Shown here one piece after another: positions 1 to 7,291 of a DNA stretch of 64,000 nt. The notes under the pieces were generated by a model, which had not been told where the DNA came from, searched no databases, and saw only the letters and a list, made by a program, of their open reading frames with translations. The stretch lies in the IMG/VR virus record IMGVR_UViG_3300005674_000016, positions 4,577-68,576 of that record; one strand, given 5' to 3'. The DNA is from a virus. A program made the translations under genes and the position numbers. Every line of letters starts with the position of its first letter. Within the stretch, counting starts at the first letter, position 1.

Positions 1-452
1 GACATGGGATCCTGGTTGAGCACCAGGCTGCCGGCGGTGTTCAGCGGGTCGAAGGTGGAGATAAAGATCTCCTGCCGCGCCAACGTGGCGAAGTCGATCG
101 GCTCGTTCACCGGCACACCGACCGCGCCCAGAGCCAGCGTCCCGATGCCATAGGTGCGCGCCAGGCTCATGGCGGTGGCGATGTGCTGGTCGGCGCGCAG
201 GTTATCCCACTCCCGCAGGAACTGATCGCGCACCATGTCCTCGGGGCCGTCAGGGATCGACAGCGTGCGCGGCTGCGACTGCGCCAGGCTGATCGGGGTG
301 TCCACCATCTTTCCGCCCATCGGGTGGTAGAGGTAGATCGTCTTGCAGACCTGGTAGCTGGCATCCGCACCGGGCACGATGTCGTCCGCCATCAGCAGCT
401 GCTGCAGCTGCGTGCCCAGCGACGCGCCAGCGATCGCGACCGAACCCGACAT
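1..452 (-). CDS. Portal protein, N-terminal part (DUF1073-like); runs off the window start
   Basis: ATG at 452 opens MSGSVAIAGASLGTQLQQLLMADDIVPGADASYQVCKTIYLYHPMGGKMV...ARTYG...FDPLNTAGSLVLNQDP, with no stop before base 1. Lies downstream of terL and resembles portals of this phage type. Confidence 0.8.
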   Translation of the reverse strand, partial: MSGSVAIAGASLGTQLQQLLMADDIVPGADASYQVCKTIYLYHPMGGKMVDTPISLAQSQPRTLSIPDGPEDMVRDQFLREWDNLRADQHIATAMSLARTYGIGTLALGAVGVPVNEPIDFATLARQEIFISTFDPLNTAGSLVLNQDPM

Positions 453-458
453 GGCGCG

Positions 459-665
459 TCAGTCCTGCAGGGGGTTGTCGTGCCGGCGGCCGAGCGGCGT
501 GCGCAGCATCTCGAGGTGGCGCGCCGCGGCATCCCTGGCCACGGCACTTGGGCCGACCAGCGCAGCGATCGCGGCGGCTTCTTCGGTGGTCAGCACCACG
601 CTGGTGCCATCCGCCCGGTTGAGGTGGATGCGGTTTTCGTGGCGGAAGGCAGTGGGCTGAGCCAT
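459..665 (-). CDS. Small hypothetical protein (68 aa)
   Basis: GGAGG RBS upstream, high-GC codon usage, ends 7 nt before the portal ATG. Confidence 0.6.
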   Translation of the reverse strand: MAQPTAFRHENRIHLNRADGTSVVLTTEEAAAIAALVGPSAVARDAAARHLEMLRTPLGRRHDNPLQD

Positions 666-906
666 GGAGCGGTCCTCCGGGTGGCGGGATGCGGGACGGC
701 GTGGCGTCCTTCAATCCCACGGAACCGCCCGCGCTGTCACGCATCGCGCAACGACGACATGCGCGCCTTCCCCGCCAGCGCGTCGGCGGGGGGGGAGACC
801 TCACGCTGTCGGGGTTGGGCGCGCAGGATGGGATGCGGACCACCGCGCTGCGCGACATGCGTAGCACGACGGTGCCGTTGCGCAACAGAGGGGCTGGCAG
901 ACGAGA

Positions 907-1131
907 TCACCAGAAGCCGCCCACGGTGCTTCCGATCCACTCCACCCGCTGCGCGTGGGGATGCTCGGCTGCCACTTGCGAGAGCCCGATGCACCGCTCC
1001 ACCACCGTCGATCCGTCGCCATAGGTGACCAGGTAGATGCGCAGCGGGATCTGCGTGACGCCGCGGTTCTGCCTGCGCTTCTGCACATATGCCGGCTGCC
1101 GCGGCGGCGTGCCTTCGGCGTCAGAAGCCAT
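907..1131 (-). CDS. Small hypothetical protein (74 aa)
   Basis: ATG overlaps the terL 3' end; phage-like codon usage. Confidence 0.5.
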   Translation of the reverse strand: MASDAEGTPPRQPAYVQKRRQNRGVTQIPLRIYLVTYGDGSTVVERCIGLSQVAAEHPHAQRVEWIGSTVGGFW

Positions 1132-2410
1132 CGCTGTTCCCGAGCGCCACGATCTGCGCATAGGTGAAGGTGTCCAGCAGATCGTCGGCGCGCGTGGCCG
1201 CCTTCTTGTCGCCCACCCGGTAGGACAGCACCTGCGCCAGCATGTGGTTGCGCGTCTGCCCCTTGAACTCCGTCACCTTCTCGTACGCGTGCCGGCTGAA
1301 TTTCACCATCCCCTGATGGACGTAGCCGCTGACGTTGATGGCGCGCGCGTCTTTCCCGAGTGCCGTGATGGCGCCCTCGATCGGGATGGCGTTCCAACCG
1401 CGGCGCTGCGCCTGCTGCAGGAGGATGGTGCCGCTGGCCTTGTCCTCGATCCACACCGGCGGCGTGCCCTGGCCGGGCTGCGCCATGCGCGCGCGGCACG
1501 CGATCGCCAATTCCTCCGCGCGCTTGAAGACCGAGGGCAGCCAGGTTTCCAGCAGCGCGCCCTCGATCTGGACGATATCCCAATCCAGCAGCACCAGCGG
1601 GTGGCCGTGAAATCGGGTGCGAGCCCAATAGCTGACCGCGGTGCCGTCGTGCTCCTTGCCGTCTTTCGTGGCCGTGTCGATCACCGCGAACACCAGGTCG
1701 CAGTTGGCGGGCCAGTCGACGGGCGCGCCGTGCACCAGCAGCTTCTGCTCGTCGAAGAAGGCCTGGCCCGACCAGTCGACGAATTCGGCCAGGTATTCCT
1801 GGCGCCACACCAGCGGATGGCTCTTGCGCTCGAGGTCGATGAGCTCCTGCCGCGGCAGGAGCGGGTTGGACCGGCTGGGCGCGTGGAAGTCGCGGAAGCC
1901 GTATTTCTTCGGCTGGGTGCAGATCTGGTAGAGGAAGTTTTCGGGATCCGCGCCGGCGGTGTTGGACAGCGCCACCGCCGCGCCGCGCAGGTCGACCAGG
2001 GTCGGCCGGATGGCCTTCTCCCACACGTCGATCATGTTCGGCTTCGTGTACGCAGCCTCGTCGATGATCGCCAGCTTGTATTTGCGGGAGCGGCCGGCGC
2101 GCGGGTTGTCCAGCGACCAGAAGTCGATGCGGCCGCCGCCGATGGTGCGGATGACCTTTTCCTGCGCGTTGGCCCGGGTGACGATCGGGTCCAGGATCTC
2201 GCGCATCTCCTGGTACGTCTCGGTGATGATCTTGTAGTCGGGCGCGAAGAAGCCGACCGGCCACCGCTTCGTGGCGCCGTCGCACGCCAGCGTCGTGCCA
2301 TAGGTGGTCTTGCCCCACCGGCGACCGCAGCGCAGCGCCATGAACCGCCACGGCTGGTTGAATGCCTGGACCTGGCCAGCGTGCAGTGTGGGGAGGCGAA
2401 CGGTCGGCAT
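1121..2410 (-). CDS. terL: Terminase large subunit
   Basis: Walker A CGRRWGKT, Walker B AIIDEAA, RNase H-like nuclease domain (VIDTA...DGTA, IEDKASG, DDLLD). Confidence 0.95.
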   Translation of the reverse strand: MPTVRLPTLHAGQVQAFNQPWRFMALRCGRRWGKTTYGTTLACDGATKRWPVGFFAPDYKIITETYQEMREILDPIVTRANAQEKVIRTIGGGRIDFWSLDNPRAGRSRKYKLAIIDEAAYTKPNMIDVWEKAIRPTLVDLRGAAVALSNTAGADPENFLYQICTQPKKYGFRDFHAPSRSNPLLPRQELIDLERKSHPLVWRQEYLAEFVDWSGQAFFDEQKLLVHGAPVDWPANCDLVFAVIDTATKDGKEHDGTAVSYWARTRFHGHPLVLLDWDIVQIEGALLETWLPSVFKRAEELAIACRARMAQPGQGTPPVWIEDKASGTILLQQAQRRGWNAIPIEGAITALGKDARAINVSGYVHQGMVKFSRHAYEKVTEFKGQTRNHMLAQVLSYRVGDKKAATRADDLLDTFTYAQIVALGNSDGF

Positions 2411-2447
2411 GGGCTACCTGGCAGCCGCGATTGCACAAGGCTTGCCC

Positions 2448-2456
2448 TGTGGATAA
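2448..2456 (-). promoter_or_regulatory. Perfect DnaA box (TTATCCACA) between terS and terL
   Basis: TGTGGATAA on + strand at 2448-2456; function untested. Confidence 0.35.
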
Positions 2457-2538
2457 TGTCCCGAAACGCTCCCCCGCAGGCGCGCGCGTGCGAGAGGCAG
2501 CACGGACGGTCGGTGGTACTGCGGGCTGCCGTCGCGCA

Positions 2539-3087
2539 TCATGCATCCCCCGCGTTGCCGTCGTCCTCGATCGGGATCTCCTGCAGCTCGCGCTCGGGCA
2601 AGCCGCCCGTCACCACGATCTCCTTGTCGCCCGCCTCGTCGTCGCGGTTGCGCGGCCGCTCTGCCTCCAGCCACTCGGGGAAGCGCCGCAGCCAGATCTC
2701 CGCGGCGCGCACGCTGGCGCCATTCAGCCCCTTCGCAGTCGCCTTGGCGAACAGCGCCGCGCTCACCGCCGCGGTGGCCTCGATTCGCCCGTCGTCGATG
2801 TCCTGGCGGAAATGCCGCGTCAGCGTGTGCCGCTCGCACCCCACCAGACCCGCAATCTCCTCCACCGACACGCCCAGCGCCGACAGCTTCTTCACGAACG
2901 CCCGATCGCGATCCGTCACCTGGAATTTCGGCCGCCCGATGCGCCGCTTGATCTCGTCCGCATCCGCCAGCACGCCCGTGCGCGGCAGCGCAGCAGCCTT
3001 CTTCTCCCTGGCCTTCGCCTTGGCCTTCGCTGCTCGACCGCGTCGCGTCGTCGGTCGCTTCACGCCGCCTGCGGGCGTTTTCGGCAT
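2539..3087 (-). CDS. terS: Terminase small subunit
   Basis: GRP motif, HTH (LSALGVSVEEIAGLVGCERHTLTRHF), AAEIWL motif; directly upstream of terL. Confidence 0.8.
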   Translation of the reverse strand: MPKTPAGGVKRPTTRRGRAAKAKAKAREKKAAALPRTGVLADADEIKRRIGRPKFQVTDRDRAFVKKLSALGVSVEEIAGLVGCERHTLTRHFRQDIDDGRIEATAAVSAALFAKATAKGLNGASVRAAEIWLRRFPEWLEAERPRNRDDEAGDKEIVVTGGLPERELQEIPIEDDGNAGDA

Positions 3088-3470
3088 ATCCGGTCCTCAT
3101 TCTGCCACGCTCGATGCGAAAGCGGGTCGGAAGTCTGTAGCGCGCGCCTTGAGCATTCGTCCAGAAGCGCGCTCGCACGCGAGTCGGCACATTATGAGCG
3201 CGCGCCCCTCCATCTCCCCCATGACTTCGCGGTGGTTGGTTTTCTATCTCGCAGATGGGGTTGCGGGGGGTTTTTTCTTGCGGGTGCTACGTGCTGCGCG
3301 CGATGCGGGGGGAACGACTGGTGCGCCACTATGGTGGCGGGGCTGGCGCGACTACGGGGTGGTGCGAGCCTGGTGCGGGACGGTGCGAGGGGTGCGGGAC
3401 AGCGCAGTTGACAAGGATTCCTTGCGTACTGGCGCTGTGTGCGGGGCTGCAGAAAGATGCGCGGAGTGCT

Positions 3471-3534
3471 TAAAAACCCCTCGACTTAGAGTCGCATCGA
3501 AGCGATGGTCGTTCTGCGGACGGCGATGGTGCCG
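3471..3534 (+). promoter_or_regulatory. Early promoter-hairpin cassette, copy 1
   Basis: TAAAAACCCC; TCGACT (3481-3486); 17 nt; GATGGT (3504-3509); 11 nt; CGGCG-ATGG-TGCCG (3521-3534). Confidence 0.8.
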
Positions 3535-3558
3535 ACGCGGAAAAGGGGGTTCCCCACG

Positions 3559-3741
3559 ATGGCGCAGGCACTCACGCACAGCGACGCGACGAAGGAGCAG
3601 ATCGAGGCGACCACGCGGGTGGCGCGGCTGGTGGTGGCGCTGCAGTCGCGGATCACGGACCCGAGCGCGGTTCACCCCGAGGCGATGCTGGCGCGGATCG
3701 AGCAGGATCTGCGGACGACGATCCAGATGCTCGACCGGTAG
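3559..3741 (+). CDS. Small hypothetical early protein (60 aa)
   Basis: First ORF after cassette 1; AAGGGGG RBS. Confidence 0.65.
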   Translation: MAQALTHSDATKEQIEATTRVARLVVALQSRITDPSAVHPEAMLARIEQDLRTTIQMLDR

Positions 3742-3763
3742 CGCAGGCTGCCATTCCACGAAC

Positions 3764-3790
3764 AGCCCCGACCGGGAAGCCGGCGGGGCT
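3764..3790 (+). terminator. GC-rich hairpin after the first early gene
   Basis: AGCCCCG-A-CCGG-GAAG-CCGG-CGGGGCT; no U-tract. Confidence 0.4.
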
Positions 3791-3808
3791 TAAGGGGTCA
3801 GGAGGCCG

Positions 3809-3822
3809 CGGCAATGGTGCCG
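3809..3822 (+). promoter_or_regulatory. Stand-alone copy of the cassette hairpin
   Basis: CGGCA-ATGG-TGCCG, then CAGGAG RBS and ATG 3847; no matching -35/-10 upstream. Confidence 0.7.
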
Positions 3823-3846
3823 AGGCTCACACAGGAGACGACGACG

Positions 3847-4785
3847 ATGGCGAAACTCACGGACGCGCAGCTGGCCACTCTGACGCGGGGCGCGCAGCAC
3901 CCGAACGGCTTCATCAGCCCCACGCCGAAGACCCCGGCGCCGATGGCGCTGCAGGCGGCGAAGAAGCTCGAGGCGCTCGGGCTGGTGGAGCAGGTGCCCT
4001 GCTTCCATGACGAGCCCTTCTACCTGATCGACGAGGACTCGGGCGACTTCGTTGGCTTCCGGGTGACGGCGGCCGGCTTCGAGGCGCTCGGAATCGACGG
4101 GGCCGAGTGGCCGGCGTACGCCATGCAGGACGCCGGGACGGATGCGCCGGCGCCGGTGGCTGACATACCGGATGAGCCCTACGAGCCGAACGGCAGCGTG
4201 GAATTCGGCGAGCCCGAGCCCGACGCCAGCGGCATCGAGGGCAGCGTGCCGGCTGGCGACGACGCGGCCGACGAGCCCCTGGTGAGCGCCGCGGACCTGG
4301 CGGCGAGCCTGGATGCTGCATCCACGGTGGTGGCGCTGGCACGGGGCTCCCTGCGCGACGCGGCTGCGGCTTTCCTGGCTGCCTGGTATGCCGGGCCGAT
4401 GAATGCGAAGCCGAACAGCGACCTGGTGGCCAGGGTCGAGGCCCTGCGCGCGGCGATGCCGGCGGCCAAGGCGCCGAAGGCTCCGAAGGTCGCCGGCGAG
4501 CCCGGGGAGCCGCGCAGCGGCAGCAAGGCGGCTCTGGTGATCGGGCTGCTGCAGCGACCGGGCGGCGCCACTGCCGCGCAGATCGAGGAGGCCACTGGCT
4601 GGACGAACACCAGCACGCGCGGCTTCATCAGCAGCCTGAAGATCAAGCGCGGGCTGGCGGTGGAGACGGCGAAGATCGCCAAGGTGACGCACTACTGGAT
4701 CGGAGCGGAGAACGCCCCGGAGGCGCCGATCGAGACCACGAAGCAGGCGCCCGGCGCGAAGGGGGGCGAGCAGCCGGCTTTCTGA
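3847..4785 (+). CDS. DUF3489-domain protein
   Basis: N-terminal KLTDAQL..L..GAQHP and C-terminal winged helix PRSGSKAALVIGLLQRPGGATAAQIEEATGW...RGFIS. Confidence 0.85.
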   Translation: MAKLTDAQLATLTRGAQHPNGFISPTPKTPAPMALQAAKKLEALGLVEQVPCFHDEPFYLIDEDSGDFVGFRVTAAGFEALGIDGAEWPAYAMQDAGTDAPAPVADIPDEPYEPNGSVEFGEPEPDASGIEGSVPAGDDAADEPLVSAADLAASLDAASTVVALARGSLRDAAAAFLAAWYAGPMNAKPNSDLVARVEALRAAMPAAKAPKAPKVAGEPGEPRSGSKAALVIGLLQRPGGATAAQIEEATGWTNTSTRGFISSLKIKRGLAVETAKIAKVTHYWIGAENAPEAPIETTKQAPGAKGGEQPAF

Positions 4786-4793
4786 CCAGCGGG

Positions 4794-4818
4794 GCGGGGT
4801 GGCACGATGCCGCCCCGC
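4794..4818 (+). terminator. Hairpin with GGCA/TGCC core (terminator or cassette-hairpin variant)
   Basis: GCGGGGTGGCA-CGA-TGCCGCCCCGC followed by TCTTCG; precedes the NADAR RBS. Confidence 0.5.
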
Positions 4819-4851
4819 TCTTCGTGCTCTTGAACCCCACGGAGGAACGAC

Positions 4852-5448
4852 ATGGCCGAGCGCCGCAAGACTGTCGCCGACGACACGGGCCCGATCACCT
4901 GGATCTTCACTGGGAAGTGTGCGCCGCTCGACAATTTCTACCACGCCCCCATCGACATGCCCGGCATCGGCCGGTGCGAGACGGTCGAGCACGCCTTCCA
5001 GGCGGCGAAGGCCAGCAACCGGAAGATGCGCGAGAGGATCCGCACGGCTGTGGGGCCCGGTGCCGCCAAGGCGCTGGGGCGCGACCGGACGCGCAACCGC
5101 TACCGGAAGGACTGGGAGCGCGTGCGCTACGGCGTGATGCGCACCGCGCTCGAGGTGAAGTTTGCCACCTATCCCGATCTGCTGGCGCTGCTGCGCTCGA
5201 CGGGCCGGCGCGAGATCATCGAGGGCAACACCTGGGATGACCGGGTGTGGGGCGTGGTCGACGGCGAGGGCCAGAACTGGCTCGGGCGGATGCTCATGGA
5301 CATCCGCGACAACGGTTTCCGCATCGTGCGGCCCCAGGACGTGCTGCCTGCGCCCAAGGCTCGGGACGCCCATTGGCCGCGGTGGCGCGACGGCATGATG
5401 ACGAAGGTCGCCACAGGGGCGGCAGCGGATGCGCGGAGGTCAGCATGA
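4852..5448 (+). CDS. NADAR family (YbiA-like) protein
   Basis: LDNFY, TVEHAFQAAK, AKALGR, DWERVR..VM..AL..KF, LL.STG..EIIEGN.WDD..WG, GQNWLGRMLM motifs. Confidence 0.92.
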   Translation: MAERRKTVADDTGPITWIFTGKCAPLDNFYHAPIDMPGIGRCETVEHAFQAAKASNRKMRERIRTAVGPGAAKALGRDRTRNRYRKDWERVRYGVMRTALEVKFATYPDLLALLRSTGRREIIEGNTWDDRVWGVVDGEGQNWLGRMLMDIRDNGFRIVRPQDVLPAPKARDAHWPRWRDGMMTKVATGAAADARRSA

Positions 5449-5729
5449 GCCAGATGCACAAGGATCCATGGCCCGAGGCGCCGTGCTGCATGTTCAGCCG
5501 CGTCGACGAGAACTGCCGCTGCGGCGACGACGAGAGGGTGCTGCGCGCCATCCTGGCTGGCGCCGTCACCACGCCCATGACACACGGCCAGCGCGCATGG
5601 TGCTACGGCGAGTTTCTTCGGGTGGAGGGCAACACGCTGCGGATGGTGGAAGGCCTGTCGGACTTGGCTCTGGCGCGCGCGGTGCTCTGCGCGTGGCTGG
5701 ACGAGGCGCGCGACAAGGGGTGGGCGTGA
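5445..5729 (+). CDS. Hypothetical Cys-containing protein
   Basis: ATGA coupling to NADAR; GGAGG RBS. Confidence 0.65.
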   Translation: MSQMHKDPWPEAPCCMFSRVDENCRCGDDERVLRAILAGAVTTPMTHGQRAWCYGEFLRVEGNTLRMVEGLSDLALARAVLCAWLDEARDKGWA

Positions 5730-6019
5730 TGACCGACCTGGATTGCGCGCTGACCAAGATCGCGCGCCAGCACATGGGCATCGACACGCTGGAAACGCGC
5801 CGGCCCGACAGCCGGCAGGGCCGCCACTTCGCGGACGAGGTGGCCATGCACATGACCGACGATGCCAGCCAGAACAGCGTCGCGATCGACATGGCGGTCG
5901 ACCGCTGGATGCGCTGGACGATCAGCCCCCGCACCAGCGAGGACACCGGCATCCCGGTGAACCTGCCCTACCTGACCGGCTTCGTGCTTCACGCAGCGAT
6001 CGCGGCTGACGCCATCTGA
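5729..6019 (+). CDS. Hypothetical protein, apparent chimera (DUF6900-like N-terminus plus GRHFAD/GIP.LPYLTGFV family C-terminus)
   Basis: LTKIARQHMGIDTLETRR.DS joined directly to SRQGRHFAD...RWMRWTI...TGIPVNLPYLTGFV. Confidence 0.6.
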   Translation: MTDLDCALTKIARQHMGIDTLETRRPDSRQGRHFADEVAMHMTDDASQNSVAIDMAVDRWMRWTISPRTSEDTGIPVNLPYLTGFVLHAAIAADAI

Positions 6020-6031
6020 GCCGCGCCGAAC

Positions 6032-7291
6032 CTACGCCGCCGCCGGGACGCCCCTGGCGGCGGCGACTTCGTCCAGGGTGCCCCCGTTGCCTTCCAGCGT
6101 GGCCAGCAGCCCGGTGAATTCCTGCCAGCGGCGCACCGCCACGTCGACGTAGGCCGACGACAGCTCCATCGCCAGGACGCGCCGGCCGGTGATCTCGCCA
6201 GCGATGATGGTGGTGCCCGAGCCCGAGAACGGCTCGTAGACGGCATCGCCGCGTTGGCTGTTGTTCTCGATCGGACGCTGCATGCACAGCACCGGCTTCT
6301 GCGTGCTGTGGATCGTCGCGGCATCGGCAGTGGCGTCGCCACGCGTCGGAATCGACCAGAGGGTGGTCTGCTTGCGATCCCCCGCCCAGTGGCCCTTGCC
6401 GCCCTTGCGCACCGCGTACCAGCACGGCTCGTGCTGCCAATGGTACGCGCCGCGGCCCATCACCAGGGACTCCTTCGCCCAGATGATCTGCGCGCGAATG
6501 TCGAACCCTGCCACGACGAGGCTCTCCTGCACCACGCCTGCGTGCAGCCCCCCATGCCAGACATATGCGACGTCGCCAGGGAATAGCTCCCAGGCCTCGC
6601 GCCAATCAGCCCGATCGTCGTTGTGCACGACGCCCATCCGCTCCGAATTGTTGATGCCCACCCGCTTGCGCCAGCCTGGGTCGTAGTTCACGCCATAGGG
6701 CGGGTCCGTGACCATCAGCAGCGGCTTGGCGCCAGCCAGCAGTGCAGCAACGTCGTCGGCGCTGGTGCTGCTGCCGCATCGGATTCGGTGGTCGCCGAGC
6801 AGCCAGGTATCCCCCGGCAGCGTGACAGGATGCGCAGGCGGCTCCGGGGCGTCGTCGTCGGCCTCGCGCGTGGCCCCGGTCGTGGTGCCGGCGAGCAGCT
6901 GCTGCAGCGCGCTGTCGTCGAAGCCGAGCAGGGACAGGTTGAAGTCGTCGCCAGCGAGCGCCCGCAGCTCGGCGGCCAGGACGCTCTCGTCCCATGTGCT
7001 GTTCAGCGCGATCTGGTTGTCGGCCAGGCGGTAGGCCCGCACCTGGGCGGGCGTGAGGTGGCCGAGACGGATCACCGGCACATGATCCATGCCGAGGCGC
7101 TGCGCGGCCAGCACGCGCCCGTGGCCCGCTACGATGGAGCCCTTCGCGTCGACCAGGACCGGCACGTTGAAGCCGAACTCGTTGATGGATGCCGCGATCT
7201 GCGCCACCTGCGCGTCCGAGTGCAGCCTGGCGTTGCCGGCGTAGGGCACGAGGTTGGCGGTCGGCTCCAGCACGACGACGAGATCAGCCAT
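6032..7291 (-). CDS. ParB-N domain fused to an N6/N4 DNA methyltransferase (copy A, DPPY)
   Basis: PYAGNARLHS...GFNVP...AGHGR...ADN; TDPPY; HSTQKP; EPFSGSGTT. Confidence 0.92.
   Translation of the reverse strand: MADLVVVLEPTANLVPYAGNARLHSDAQVAQIAASINEFGFNVPVLVDAKGSIVAGHGRVLAAQRLGMDHVPVIRLGHLTPAQVRAYRLADNQIALNSTWDESVLAAELRALAGDDFNLSLLGFDDSALQQLLAGTTTGATREADDDAPEPPAHPVTLPGDTWLLGDHRIRCGSSTSADDVAALLAGAKPLLMVTDPPYGVNYDPGWRKRVGINNSERMGVVHNDDRADWREAWELFPGDVAYVWHGGLHAGVVQESLVVAGFDIRAQIIWAKESLVMGRGAYHWQHEPCWYAVRKGGKGHWAGDRKQTTLWSIPTRGDATADAATIHSTQKPVLCMQRPIENNSQRGDAVYEPFSGSGTTIIAGEITGRRVLAMELSSAYVDVAVRRWQEFTGLLATLEGNGGTLDEVAAARGVPAAA

Noticed and set aside
1-452. Calling the portal an anti-CBASS Acb1 protein (a common automated label for DUF1073 portals)
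   Set aside because: No 2H-phosphoesterase HxT motifs are visible in this part, and position next to terL supports portal.
700-745. GGATTGAAG on the minus strand, resembling the 3' end of type I-C/I-G CRISPR repeats (solitary repeat or RNA anti-CRISPR)
   Set aside because: Single copy, no repeat-like stem at the expected distance and no spacer periodicity; too short to support.
1037-3793. 918-aa + strand ORF and other long antisense ORFs (26038-28782, 27902-29839, 39351-41249, 50187-52148, 55391-57526)
   Set aside because: They are shadows of well-supported genes on the opposite strand. Stop codons are rare at this GC content and the translations have no motifs.
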